From Vicugna vicugna (lineage: Eukaryota), in contig MU061045.1 of assembly GCA_013265495.1 (NCBI GenBank), positions 62,001-126,000 on the forward strand: a stretch of 64,000 bases of DNA. Reading direction: 5' to 3'. Every line of letters starts with the position of its first letter. Position 1 is the stretch's first letter. A program made the translations under genes and the position numbers. Shown here one piece after another: positions 1 to 25,656 of the stretch. Under the pieces are notes generated by a model, which was not told where the DNA came from, made no database searches, and saw only the letters and a program-made list of their open reading frames with translations.

Positions 1-140
1 ACACAGGAGCCGTGAGCAAAATGAGGAGTGGAAAGAGCCTTGCACCAGGGTCTGTGCCCTGGGAGTTCCCACAGGCCAGGAGAGCAGCCCCTGAGCCCTT
101 GCACAGCAGCCTGATCGTCCTGTCACCGTGGCCTCAGAGC

Positions 141-146
141 TTTATT
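141..146 (-). terminator. TANGO2 poly(A) signal AATAAA
   Basis: tttatt on + strand, about 700 nt downstream of the TANGO2 stop; the only canonical hexamer I found in this 3' UTR. Confidence 0.75.
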
Positions 147-840
147 ATCGGTGCCTCACACTCATGCACAGATTGCGATGACGCTTGAGTCCCCAGAAGG
201 AAACAGCTGGGGCAGCTGTGTCCCCTCACTGAGGTGGCCTGCCCAGAACCAGCAAGCCTGACAGGGAAGCAAACTATCCCAACACGCACAGGACCCCCAG
301 CACACGCAGAGCCTCTGGACACACCAACCGAGCTGTGCTTCTGCTGTGGAGAATGTTTTCCTTCTTCCTCATTCCAGATGTGGCCTGTCTCCTCTCCAGG
401 AGCAGGTCTGGCTGTCAGGAACTGGGCTACGCCCCAGAGACGAGAGGCCACTTTGAAACAGAAGTCCACCCTTACTGTTTTGATCATAGCAAGACTTACT
501 GGCCAGAAGCACATGTGGGTGAGCACACACCTCTGCGTTGTGGCCCAAGTGGGTGTGTACATCCAGGAGTGTGTGCGTGTGTCCCCATGTACCTGTAGGT
601 GTGCCTGTGCATGCACCTCTGTGTACAGGCCAGGGTGAAGCACAGCACACCTGGGCCTGCCCCAGACCTGCCCATGGGACTCTCACCCCCATGGGCAGAA
701 GGGTAGACCAGAGCTAGACACGGGGACAGAGACACTTCACATCAGTTGGAGGGCGCTGGCCCTTGGAGGAAGCTGGCTGAGTCGCAGGCAGTACACATGG
801 CAGGGCCTTCCAGTAGTCCCTGGCCACACCTGGGGGCAGC

Positions 841-14004
<13,164 letters not shown>

Positions 14005-15824
14005 TCACGAGGTCTGCAGGACAAAGAAACATGAGCTGATTAAGTGGAACTGCCTCCCAAGCCCACGAGGCTCCCTTGCCTGAACAGAACCACCTCGCAA
14101 CGCCTGGACCCTCACTGGATGAGGGACACCACATGCTGGACACCCCACGCTCACCCATCTGCATCAACACACCTGTCAGCACTGGCCAGACCTTCCCCCG
14201 AAGCCAGTGACCTTGCCGGCCCTGGACACACATGTGAGGTGGCACGCGGGTGCTGGAGGGGTGGCAGCAGTGACACAAGCACCAGGAGTGCAGCCGGGGA
14301 GACCCCCTCACACAGGGGCCAGACAGCTGCACGGCCTGCTCCTTCCCTTGGCACAGTGCCAGCTCCAGACCCCTGGCCAGGGCCCCAGCACCTCCAGGCA
14401 GGGTGGCACCACGTCCACCTCGCCTGGGGCCACCGCAGCACCTGCCTTCCATCCCCCATGGCCCAGGGGTGCTGGGGGCGGGAGGGGACTGTGCAGTGGG
14501 GACTTGGCGCCCCCTCCCCACAAAGGCCCCACATCTGCGGGCCTTTTCCGACCGCTGAGGACCCCACCCACCTGGACCAGGGGGCAGGAGGGCGAGCTTG
14601 GGCCACGGCTCCAGTGCAGAGCTGGCACTGCAGCCGGGACACAGGCACCAAAGAGGCTGCGCAGGGATGGCAGGGGACAGACAGATGCCCGGGGAGCACG
14701 ATGGGGTACGCTCAGCACATGGCCCTGATGCCTGTGTGTGACTTCTTGTGCAGAAGTTGGGGGTGGTCCCTGAGAACCCCAAGAGCGGAGCCAGGGCCAC
14801 ACTGGGGACCCAGGGGCTCCATTTGAAGGGCTCCCGCACTGGCAGTGCCCCTGGGTGCCGGACAAACCAGTTTTCACCTTCATCCCGGACTTCTGAGAAG
14901 TCTCACGATTAAACTCAAGGGCGAAGAGTAGGACAGTCAGAAAGAACCACAAAAATGAAACAAAGCACCACAAACAAGAACGTGCACGAGTCCCCAAGCG
15001 TCCCATAACCCAGCCATACTCTGAGTGCAGGAACAAGGAACCCAGGAAGATCTGCAGGGAAGGGCCCTGATAAAGAGAGCCAGGACGTCCACCTAGCACC
15101 CGAAAGAACCTTCAGAAACAGAAGGCACAGTAAGCACGAACTAACACTCAGCAGAGGATTTAAGAGCAGATGAGACACAGGAGATGAGACAGGTCAGCAG
15201 AACCCTCCAGAGTGCAATGCAGGGAGACAGGGTGCAGGCTGGGTGTTGCAGGCCCAGCTGTCCCATCTGCCACGTGACCAGAGTCCAGCACAGGAGGCAC
15301 AGGTCCCCCACTCCCAGGGGACTGGTCTCTCCCAGACACAAGAATGCTCTGGGCAAGGCTGACCAGTGCTGTCCATGGCAACCAGGCTGCCGAGGTCAGT
15401 GGGAGAAGTCCTGCCGGCCCACGCCTGCTGAGACCCCACTCGCCCAGAGCCCCATCAGGACAGAAGGCTGCCCCACTGGGAACACACCACTCTGGGCTGT
15501 CAGAGAAGGAGGCCACCAGGTCAGCCTAGACCTGCCACGCCCCCAACCCCCAACCCAGGCTGCATGCCTGGCCGCTGGGTGAGGCCACTGGCCGGGGGCA
15601 GCTCTGGCCACTGCTGCTCACAGACCAGATGCAGAGCCCCCACTCGGCTGCAGGACCCCCCAGTCCTAGCTGACTCTGGTGGGTGGCAGACCAGCCTTCC
15701 AGAAGGCGGTGGCAAGAAAGGCTCTGTGATGGGAAAGAAGGCCACCAAGGTCGTCTCTGGGCAGCCTGCCGCCAGAGGTGTGGGTGCAGAGCCCCGGCTG
15801 TGGCCTCGACGAAGGTGCGGTCAT

Positions 15825-15905
15825 TGGGAGGGAAGGACCAGAGGAAAGCCAGCCCCTGGGGAGGGACCATCAGGAACTGCCTTTCTCTCCAGTCCCTCGC
15901 CCCCT
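15825..15905 (-). ncRNA. MIR185: pre-miR-185 hairpin (5p mature 15891-15870, 3p mature 15857-15836) in TANGO2 intron 1
   Basis: Minus strand contains TGGAGAGAAAGGCAGTTCCTGA (miR-185-5p) and AGGGGCTGGCTTTCCTCTGGTC (miR-185-3p) in one hairpin, same orientation as the host gene. Confidence 0.97.
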
Positions 15906-18900
15906 ATTCGAGCCAGGCCCACTGCCCCCAGCCCTTCCTCTTCTCAGCTTCATATCCCACCATCCCACACCCTCCTTCTCCCAGGGTGCCCCCAGCCCAG
16001 CAATGCTGGGGGGATGCCCTCCACCCCAGCCCTGCCAGAGGGCTAACGGGCACCACACACTGATCTGCCAGCTGCCCACCCAGAGCCACCCCTCCTGAGT
16101 ACACACCAAGGGCCTGCCCTCCCCTCCTCCTGGCCCACTTGGCCTCTCACGCTGCTGCCCGCCTGGCCACTCGATCCAACTGGCCCCTCTGTGCCCCAGC
16201 TCAAGTGCATGTCTCCTGCTGCCACAAACGGCTGCTCCAGGGACCAGTGGCCCTTCTGTGGTGGTTCCCACTCTCAGGTCATCCAAGAGCATGCTCCCGC
16301 AGTTTCGGGTGGCTGCGTGCTTCCAGATCGTCCTTAGCAAAGCACGGGAGTGCTGTAGGGTTATCGCACGCACAGGGCCCTGCTGCCCCTGTCAGGCTGT
16401 GCAGTCCGCCCTCCACACACCAGGACAGCGTAGGGCCCCATCCAGGAGAAAGCATACCACTCAGTGCTTATCTGAGGTGAGGAATAAGCAAGACTTATGC
16501 ATGGGGACAGAGCTCAGGGCAGGCCACCTGGTCCAGGGGACAAGGGGACCTGCAGGGAGACGCCTGGGGTCTGGTGTCCACACCCCCACACAGGAGGTAC
16601 TTGCACCAGCCATGAAACCAGACACCTAAAACATGTGCCTTTCCAGTAGGCAAGGTTTACATCGGGAAAACCGAATTGTCCATCCAGAAAAGAGAGGAGA
16701 ACATGGAGAGACCCTGCCCTTCTCCCCGCATGGCTTCAAGATGGTCCTCTGCGCCAGGGAGGTGAGGCAGGAGAGGCTGGGAGAAGAGCCGTTCCCAGGA
16801 GACTGGTCAAGAACAGGCCCAGCCCTGGTCAAAGTTCCTCATGACAGGACAGAGCACATGAGATATGCACAAGGACCCACCCACTCAGGTGAGCACCAGG
16901 CCATGAGGTGGGGGCCTGCACCCCCAGAGTACTTTCTTTGTTGAAAAGGCAAACAGGGCACCTGGACCGAGGGAGGAGACACACCGCTGGTCAGAGGCAG
17001 CAGGGAGGGCAGTGACACAGGTGAGTGAGTGGGAGCCCAGGGGCGGGGGCGATTAGCCTCCTCCAGGCTGCTCCTCGGGCAGGCGGAGGGGTGACTGAGC
17101 CCTGGAGGCTGCACCCCACTCCTGTCTGGTCTTGGGCGGAGGAGCAGGCAGGCGCCCCACCCCGCGTCCCACCCGCGCTATCATTTGCCGGCTAGGCTGT
17201 TTGGGGCCTTGGCAGAGGACGCATGGTGTCTGCCCCTTTGAGAGTAGCCAGCCCACCCTGAGGCTCCGCCCTCCTCCCCGCCCACGACTGAGGACGCAGC
17301 AATCCCCACTTTGTCGCTTGGCTTGGCGGGTAAATGGCATTTCGCCACAGCAGGCTCTCTATAGCGATACTCCTTCCTGAGCTCTTGGAGATGTTTTAGG
17401 GGCACTAATTCAGCCTCACACCAGTGTCACTGTCCCTTCAGGGTTCAAAAGGGGAACACAAGTGAGGGGCTCTGGACGCACGGAGGTCCCGCACCTCAGC
17501 CCCTCCTGGCAGGAACACAGCTTCCTCGCCGCCTCCCTCCAACACGGGAGTGTCTCAGATGGCCCCTGCGGCTCACGTGGTCAGAGCAGGAAGGGGGCGT
17601 CCCCACAGCCCCTCAAGGCAGGTGGAAGCAAGCACTTATAGCTGGCGTGGTCCTGAAGGCCCGGCAGGGGCACCCTGAGCACCAGTGGACACTAGGAGGT
17701 AGGCACCGGCCTTTTTACTTTTAAGGGTATATCTGTTATTTTTGCAACCTAAGAAGAAAGCTGACAGGTAAAAAAGCTGCATGGATAGTCTGAAAGAGGA
17801 ACTCAGTGGTCTAGGGGCCACCTCATTCTCACAGAGCCCCTCACCAAATGCCGAGGTCCAGACCAGCAAACTGTCCTCATGTGCCGGCTGACACGTTGCC
17901 AAAGCATAGACCCAGTTCTCACACATCTGGAGCGTCAGTGACAAGTGTGGCCCCACTTCCAGCAGCCCTGAGCCCCAGGCACACTCAGAAGCAGCACCCA
18001 CGGGCAGGAGAGCAGGCACTAGAAGGTGTCTTCGAGAGCAGCCACCAGCCCAGGAGTAAGTCCACACGACACTGCGTGTCATTACATCCAGGGTAAAACA
18101 TGATCCAGTGATGGCGCACAAATACAGACGCAAAGAGTGAGGCAGCAGTAACAGCTCAGGGGCTGGGCAACAGGCCAGAACTGCCAGCCAGCAGCCTGGT
18201 CTGAGGGGCTTGCATTCTGTGGACACACCAGTAACACGAAGCCACAGGACTGGGGGACCCATGCTTTCGAAGCCAATGGTCAGGGGTCCAAGAGGGTGGG
18301 AGTACCAAAGCAACATGCTCCACCCACTGGAAGCCCTGAGAACCTGGGGAAAGGGGAACAGAGGCTCTGCTGTGTCCACCTGCCAACACAGCCACCCTCT
18401 CTGGCAGCCCCACCCCACCCAACAGGTCATCTGAGGCAGGAAGGCTCCTGGCAGAGGGGACCCGGAAGAAAGGGCCAGCTCTGGCTCTAAGTGACCTTGG
18501 GAACACCATCTGCTCCACAGTCTTCTTCACTGATAATGATGTCTGGCCAACAAACACTTGCCACAAAAGTCTGCCCAGAGGATGAAAGAGCCAGTGGCAG
18601 AGAGCACTTCCCAAGAGCTACCAGCTGCAGGCGCCCCTCACAGCTGCCATCACTGCAGGGCTGCCTAGTGCAAACAGCTGCAGCAAAACACCAGCAGGCA
18701 GGTCCGCAGCAGGACAGCAGGGAGGCCTGGCTGATCATGCGACATCCCTGGTGGAGGACAGACTGGAGCCTGATGTTCAGGGACCGGTCCAAGGGCAGAA
18801 GGCCCACACCAAAGCTGTGGCCCAGAGGTAAGTGCGGGAGCTCCTGGGGTGGGAAGGGGTGTTAAAGCCCAGCGGCTCCAAGGCTTTGGCTTGGGTGCAG

Positions 18901-19019
18901 CCCTGCCCAGCCCCCTCCCCTGATGCCCTGGGGGTAGGTCTGACCACCTCAGCTACCCCAGGAAGGCCGTGTCCAGGCGCACGGATGACCTGGCACTTGC
19001 TGCACCCTGGGACAGACAT

Positions 19020-19820
19020 CAGCTGTCGCCCGCAGCAGGGCGCACGGAGGGAGCAGCGTGACTCAGGGCTCCAGAGCCGACCTACCCGTAGCCTACCGAC
19101 CCTCGCCTGGCGACGACCGCGCAGCTCCGGGCTCGCAGGGCTGCCCCCCGAGGGACATCGGCCCTGCCTGCGGGGGCCCGCGCCCCACTCCATCGGGGAC
19201 ACTGGAAACACCTTTCAGGAACGCGAAGAACGCTTCCTCTGCCGGGGTGGGCTTGGTCTCGCCGGACCGGCCGCTGGACGTGTATTCCCCACTTCGAGAA
19301 CGGGATACTGAAGCAGGGCGGGAGACGCATCCGCTTCCCAAGTCCGAGCCCCGCGACTAAGCCCCATGCCCGGAGTCCGCGCCCCGCACCCCGAGTCCGC
19401 ACCCCGAGCCTTGAGTCTGAGCCCCGCTTCCAGAGTCCGCGCCCCAAGCGCCGAGCTCTGAGCTCGCCGAGAGCGCAGCCTGCCAACAGCGCAGTCCGCC
19501 GCCCGCCTGCCGCCCCCCGCCGCGAACTCACCGCCTCCGCCGCCGCGGCCGACTTCCGGGTGCCGCGCCCGCGCGCTGCTGCCACCGCCCATGCCCCGCC
19601 CCCCGCAGTCTGAGCGCTCGCCATTGGGTCGCGCGGCGGGGGGCGGGGCTGGGCGCCCCGAGCCAGGACTCTTTTGGCCGCTCGCGCCGTCGCTCGGGGC
19701 TGCACCTCCCTACGCTCCGCCCCCGGGGCTGCGCCAAGCTGCTGACTCCGCCGTGTGACCCCCAGCGGCCTTCTCAGCCTGCCCCGCTGACAGGGACGCC
19801 AGCCTCGGGCCCTACCCTCG
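19020..19820. promoter_or_regulatory. CpG island, main TANGO2 promoter
   Basis: Very high CpG density, GC boxes, ETS motif CCGGAAGT (- strand, 19552-19559). Confidence 0.85.
19532..19600 (-). other. TANGO2: TANGO2 non-coding first exon (5' end not determinable)
   Basis: Strong donor GGCG|gtgagt at 19532/19531 inside the CpG island. Confidence 0.7.
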
Positions 19821-20344
19821 CAGACACGTCACCTGCTGGCCCAGAGACTCGCGCTGCAAGGGGCCCTGCTGGGGGCTCTGCAGGGATACTCACGTCCGGA
19901 CCCGCCTGCAGGTCCGTGACGAGCCCTGCTCGCCCCTCCCTGTCCGCCCAGTCGGTGCTTCTGGACTGGCCATCTTCTTCATTGCAGTCCTGACCCCTGA
20001 CATCCCTGCCGCGCTCATGGCAGACCCTGGACCTGCCACCACAGCCTTTAACTCTCCTCGAGGCTGTTCTGCAGGTCTGGCCCCCAGCATGGAGGGCTGC
20101 CGGCCAAATCTGCACCGGGCTGCAAGTGAGCAGGAAGCTGGGAAGGAGCACTGACCTGGGCCCTCGCAACAGGGCAGGCATTCCCTGGGCTGTATCTGGG
20201 GCCTTGAGTGCAGGGAAAGTGGAGAGTCAGAGGCCCAGAGCTTGCTCCAAAGTGGGCCCTCAGTAGACCATGACAAGAGTGACAGTTTCATTAAGGTTAA
20301 TAACAAGGTGCTAAGGGCTCTAAACTCAGTGTTCCTGGACACAG

Positions 20345-20420
20345 CTCATTCGTCTCATTTTACAGATGCAAACACTGAGGCCCAGAACAGTTAGGTGTAT
20401 CACTTGCTTGAAGTCAAAAA
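20345..20420 (-). mobile_element. MIR fragment
   Basis: MIR core cattttacagatgcaaacactgaggcccaga. Confidence 0.75.
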
Positions 20421-21109
20421 AAGGTGGCAAGTGGCAGTGGCTGAATTAGCTCCACAGCCCTGCGTTGAGGACGTAGGTGCCCTGATCCTGACTTGGAGCG
20501 CTGACACCCTGTGAAAACTGGGGCTTCGGCAGAGCAAGGGCCTGGCTGGTAGTCAGCACAGGCAACAGCCAAACTCAGACCCGTTTGACACCCCCAAAGG
20601 CCCGTCCCACCCCACTCTTTCGCCACATCTCTGTGTTCCTCCCAGAACTCAACATAAGCCCTTTGCAGACACAGAAGTCAGGGACCCTCAATGCCCAAGG
20701 ACTCAAGGACAACAGGCAGCAGACCCAGCAAGACACACAGTCCTCCCTCCTGCTACCTGGCAACAGAGTCGTGCAGGGTGGGTGCCAGTGATTTCCCTCT
20801 GGGCGGCTGGACCATGCAGTCCAACCAAGAGGTGGTAGTGTTGGATAAGCAGGACCTGGGGCTAGAGGTGAGTGACCACATCCTGTGGTATGGGGCAGCA
20901 GCTGCAGAGTGGTCTGCCCCAAAGACTGGGCCACATGCCTTAGAGAGGTGGAACACAGATTAGCCAAGCCCTTGAGAGCAGTCTTTTCCATTGCCTGCAT
21001 GGGGGTGGGAGAGGGGGGGATGCAGTCACACATGGCTTGGATGGAAGTGTAAATCCCACTCTGCTATAGGCTACTGAGATAGGGCGGGATGGGGTCTCGG
21101 GGCTGCATG

Positions 21110-21250
21110 GGGTTCACTGCCACACTACCTCTAATTACATACATCCTTAGATGGAGAGTTCATTACCTTGTGCAGTCACCCTTTTGATTTCTGAGCATCT
21201 GCAACTGTTGGAAAGTTCTTTCTGACATCCAGGAGAAACCTTTTTCTCCC
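21110..21250 (-). mobile_element. Possible ancient L3/CR1 3' fragment
   Basis: gatggagagttcattacctt...ctgttggaaagttctttctga resembles the CR1/L3 3' UTR; judged by eye. Confidence 0.4.
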
Positions 21251-22744
21251 TGTGTCTTTAGTTACATACCTCAGACCCTACAGAGTTGGCCAGAAGCCAG
21301 GTGGAGAGGTGCGAGAGAGGGAGGAGACCGGGCTACTGGTCCCTGCAGCAGTGGACTAGTGATAGAGGCCATCTCCCCTGCAATCTGACTGTTTCAACCC
21401 CCATTTGCAGCCTGGGTCATGGTGGATCCACTGCCAGACAGAGGCCCTGAGTCCTCTTGGAACTGGCATTGCCCACCCTGATCCTCCGAACGCACCCGGT
21501 AATCCAGCTTGATGGGTAGACAGGTGTCTGGAGCCCTGTCAGGAGAGGTGGGGGGAGGGAGGCAGTCCTCAGCTGGGCCGATTCGGGTGCACAATTCTCT
21601 ACCCCCTTTGCTCTCCAGCAGAGGTATGTGCAGCCCCTTTTGCCACCATCAGCAAGTGTGTGGGGAAGTGATGCTGGACCATAAGGTCATTGTGAGAGGA
21701 GGGGTTCAGGAGGACCAGGGCCCTTGGAAGGATCCACAGGGACCACTGGGCTAATTAAGTCTTCTTCTAAATATAGAAGAGAGAACCCCCACCCCAGTCC
21801 ACATGGCAGCTGGGCCAGAAGGTCCCCTATGGTGCAGTTTCCGCAAGACAAGACCTAGAGAGCGACCCTTCATTACACCCACCCAGAGCTTTGAGCAACA
21901 TCTCTGTGCCGGGGTGCCAAATGGCTGTCACTTCCAGTGCTACTGACACCTCCAGTGCCAATTCCAGCCAGTTAGCTGTGGCTGCCGGGCACTGAATGAC
22001 TGCTGGGGCTGATTTGCCACATATGCCAGGGCACAGGTGGTACCAGTGGTGAGTTCCGGCCGAAAATCATTTCCTTTTCTTTGTTCTGACCAAGCAACTA
22101 CTGGGTGAACACACTGGACTCCTGACATGGGTGGATAAAACATGCATATCTGGTCCCCTCTGTTAGCACTAATGTGGGTGGTATGGTTCTGGGGAAAACG
22201 ATGAGCCAAGGATCATCTGGTCAGGCAGGGCCAGGAAAGGCTGAGAACCGTGCATGAGCCAGGGTCCCTAGTCAGGGACCCCCTGAAACAAACCCCAATG
22301 GGCAGCATCCTCACTGGTGGCCTCACCCCCCCAAAGTTAAATGGAGCTGGCCTAGGTTTCTGGTCCCATTTGTGGTTATGGGTGTGCCCTGTATCATCAC
22401 AGGGACCAAGTGGCTACTCTCCACCAAGCAGGAAAATGCAAATTGTGCTGAATTCAACTTGGGTGGCTGAGCCTCACAGTGATCCCACATCCCCACAGGT
22501 AGGGTGGAGGAAGGGAACCCCATGAAGGAGGGGGACAATGAATGCACAAACTCCCCCTCCCCCCAGGCCCAGATCTGTGGCCATGCCATGAGCCCTATGA
22601 AGGCCAGTCCCCTGGGCCCTGCAGAGGGTCTGCAGATTCAGGCCTGATAGGGGAGGAAAGCCGTTGGTCATGGAGGGGTCCCTTTCTACTCCTGGAAACA
22701 CTGCTGACCCCACCCACGTGGGCCTCCACTGGGGAAAACTTGGG

Positions 22745-22895
22745 GCGATGAGGGTAGAAGGGCTCCCAGGCTCGGGAGTCAGATGGACTGGGTTCGAGTC
22801 CCGGTGACCTAGAGCAAGCGAGAACGTCTCTGGGCCTCGATTTCCCGTCTGTAAAATGGGAGAACAGCAGAACACTCCGTATTGTAGGAAATAGC
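22745..22895 (+). mobile_element. MIR with intact B box at the edge of a CpG island
   Basis: ggagtcagatggactgggttcgagtcccgg...tgacct...ctctgggcctcgatttcccgtctgtaaaatggg. Confidence 0.8.
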
Positions 22896-24060
22896 ATTGA
22901 TGTCGACGGGAGGGCGCGGCCAACAGCAGTCTCTGGAGAAGGATACCTACGAACTCGGGGTGGTGATGGAGGGAACGCGGCCTGATCCCTCCCCGCCCGG
23001 GCCGTACAGTCCGGGGACTTCCTCGAAGGCGGCCCGTAGAGGGTGGCCCTCCCTGGCCGCCGCCGCCGCAGCGGTCCCGGCAGGTGCCTGGGGCCTCCGC
23101 CACTCCACGAGGGGCCGTCTTCAGCCGAGACGGACACTCCGAGGGCCCAATGGCAAGCCGGCGTCTCCTCGCACCCGTCCAATCGGCGCCGGTTGCCGGG
23201 TCTTCCGACCAATGGGAACACTGGTAGCGATGGGGCGGGACGAGGGTCGTGGTGCCGGCAGGCCCGCTTTGCGCACGGGCCGCGCAAGGGGCGGAGGGCG
23301 GGCTGGGGCTGCCGAGGGTGCGGGCTCCGCACCCGCGCGAGCGAGGTCCCCGGACAGCCACCGGCGCCCACCTGGGGACGCTGTGAGCCGAGGGACTCGG
23401 GGACGCCCGTCTGGGTCGGGAGCCGCGCTGCGGAGCCGCCCACGCCGCGCTCCAGGTAGGCTCGGGCTGGGGACCGGGGTCGGGGTCCCGCCCGGGATCG
23501 GGACTGCAGGCCAGGCAGGGGCCGGAGGCGAGGTCCGGGCTGGAGTCGGGTCCCAGGGTCCTGCCTGGCCCTGCCCTACCCGCACCTTACCCGCGTCGCG
23601 GTGCGCGGACCCCAGACTGGCGGGGGCGGGTCCCTTTGTGCGCGGCCTCGGGTCCTGTCTGACCGGTTGTGCGCCCCGCTCCGCGCACCCCTCCAGTCTC
23701 GGCCTGGCCGAAGTCGTGTCCGCCCCGCTCGACCGGGCATCTCGAGCCAGGGCTGCGCAGCCACAGAAACTTTCCTTTGGCCAGAGGGACCCCGGGCGGG
23801 GGAACTTTGCTGGGGCGACGCGCCGCCGGGAAGCGCGGGCCTGGCCCAGCCGAAGGGATGTCGCTGGGCTGCGCTGCTCCCACCGCCCAGGGGACAAGGG
23901 ATGAGACGCTGCCTAGCGTCCCTGCCCGGAACCTCAACCTGGGTACTTGTCCCCCGGCACCCCGTCGGTGGGCCCCTGGCCGAGGTGCATCCCCACTACT
24001 TGGAGTGGAAATCGGCCCGGATTTGCTGCGGTGTCACCGCGGGCGGGCGGCTGGAGATCC
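22880..24060. promoter_or_regulatory. CpG island, ARVCF distal promoter and probable ARVCF/TANGO2 bidirectional promoter; three CCAAT boxes (23147, 23179, 23209)
   Basis: CpG-dense, GC boxes, CCAAT x3, lies between the divergent 5' ends of the two genes. Confidence 0.85.
23330..23455 (+). other. ARVCF: ARVCF non-coding exon 1 (5' end approximate)
   Basis: Donor gcgctccag|gtaggc at 23455/23456 within the CpG island, upstream of all ARVCF coding exons. Confidence 0.65.
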
Positions 24061-25480
24061 CCAGTTTCCGTATTTTCATTTTAAATAATTAAATCTTGGG
24101 TTCTTACAATATGTCACCATTTCTAACCTCTGCATAACGTGTCACAGTGAAAACGGAGCTCGAGGACTCCAGGCTTGTTCAGGAAGAAGGAAAGCAAAGA
24201 ACTATCCTTCATTCTTTAAGATAGGTTTTTCATTTAAGCCACCACTCACACCACTTACCCTTGTCACTTGAGTCACCGTGCAGGGCACATGCCAGGTCAG
24301 GATTTATGAACCCAGGGGGTTGGAATGATAAGCGACCTATAGGGCACTTTCTCCCATGAGGGAGCATCGGAGAGTAACCCGGGGAGACAGTGGGTCAGCA
24401 CTGGAAGCCTCCACCCACTGTGACTCCTTCTGCCTCTACTCCCAGATCCAGGCTGCCAGGGGTCTGCACATCCCCAGCAGGTCCCACCTGTCCTGTGCTC
24501 AGTGTATCTGGATCTGGGACAGTGTTGGACCCATGGCCAGTGAGTTCCCGAGCAGTGTGTGGGGCTATAAATCTGGAACTTGTGCTTTCCCCCAGCCTTG
24601 CTCCGTCCCATCCAGAGTACCTTGTCTGTCCCCAGCCGCCCCAGGCCCTCTAGTCTCAGGCCCCCAGGTGCCCAGTACAGGGCTAGGCACAGAGCTGTAG
24701 CCCTGGCCTGGGGAGTAGTTCACATGAGCACAGCCCACCCAGCCCTGCCTGCTCTCCTTATGGGCTTTCCTACATGGACAGGAGTGCCTGCTGACCAGGT
24801 ACCAGCCCTCAGTCCTGCTAGGTTAGAGCTGCCCCCCAATCTGGGCTGCATGCCTCCCCCCTGAGGTGGCCCTTCTGATCTCTTCTCAGTCCCAGGGGTC
24901 CCTCTGTACTTCCTAGTTTCTGTGAGGGTGAAGCTGTCTGTGCTGCACAGGGGTTCAGGGTGGGTTCACTGCATCCCCTTCACCCCAGGAGACAGGCCTA
25001 GGGACCACAGGTAGTGGGATCCTGCACCTCCAAGAGGAGCCAAGAACCGTAGCACAGCTGGGTGAGGACACCAGGAATGCCAGAGCCTCAGCCAGCCCCT
25101 CACATCTGCCCTGTGACCTGGGATGGCCTTGGCAGAGGGAGGGAGGGGGCAGAGCTGGGGTGGTGGTCCTGGGGGCAAGTGCTATGGGATGCCAGGGAGG
25201 CTACAAGGGTTCTGGGACCTTCCCTAGCAGTGGCTCAGATTGAGGAGGGCATCTGTCCCTTTGCTACTAGCTTCTATCAAGACTAGGATGAAGTCTGGGC
25301 CCCTATGCAGGAGCCCCGGCATCAGAGAGTAACAGGGAGACATGGGGTGAGGAATTCCTTCCTGGGCCTTTCTGACTGGGAGGGCTGCCCAGCTCAGCCT
25401 GTTTCACAGGTCAGTAAGAGGGGCCCAGAGCTGGTGGGCACTCACATCACCCATGTGGATCCCCCTCCACGCCCCAACCC

Positions 25481-25484
<4 letters not shown>

Positions 25485-25519
<35 letters not shown>

Positions 25520-25563
25520 TGTGTCTGTGTGTGTGTCTGTGTCTGTCTGTCTGTCTGTCTGTG
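25485..25563. repeat. Compound microsatellite (GT)17 followed by (GTGTCT)/(GTCT)n
   Basis: Directly visible. Confidence 0.98.
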
Positions 25564-25640
25564 AAGCACAGCCCTTCTCACTGCCCCAGTGGACACTGAG
25601 GGGCCGGCAGTCTCTAGCAAAGCAGCAACCAGCTGAGTGC

Positions 25641-25656
25641 GGCCACCAGAGGGCAC
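25641..25656 (+). promoter_or_regulatory. CTCF core motif GGCCACCAGAGGGCAC
   Basis: Exact match to the CCASYAGRKGGCRS consensus; occupancy not testable from sequence. Confidence 0.55.

Noticed and set aside
19532-19592. Upstream ATG at 19592 that would form an out-of-frame uORF overlapping the TANGO2 start
   Set aside because: Probably upstream of the TSS, since the ETS motif at 19552-19559 suggests initiation nearer the donor; needs CAGE data
22474-23904. Several 250-335 aa ORFs on both strands
   Set aside because: CpG-island artefacts with Arg/Gly/Pro/Ala-rich translations
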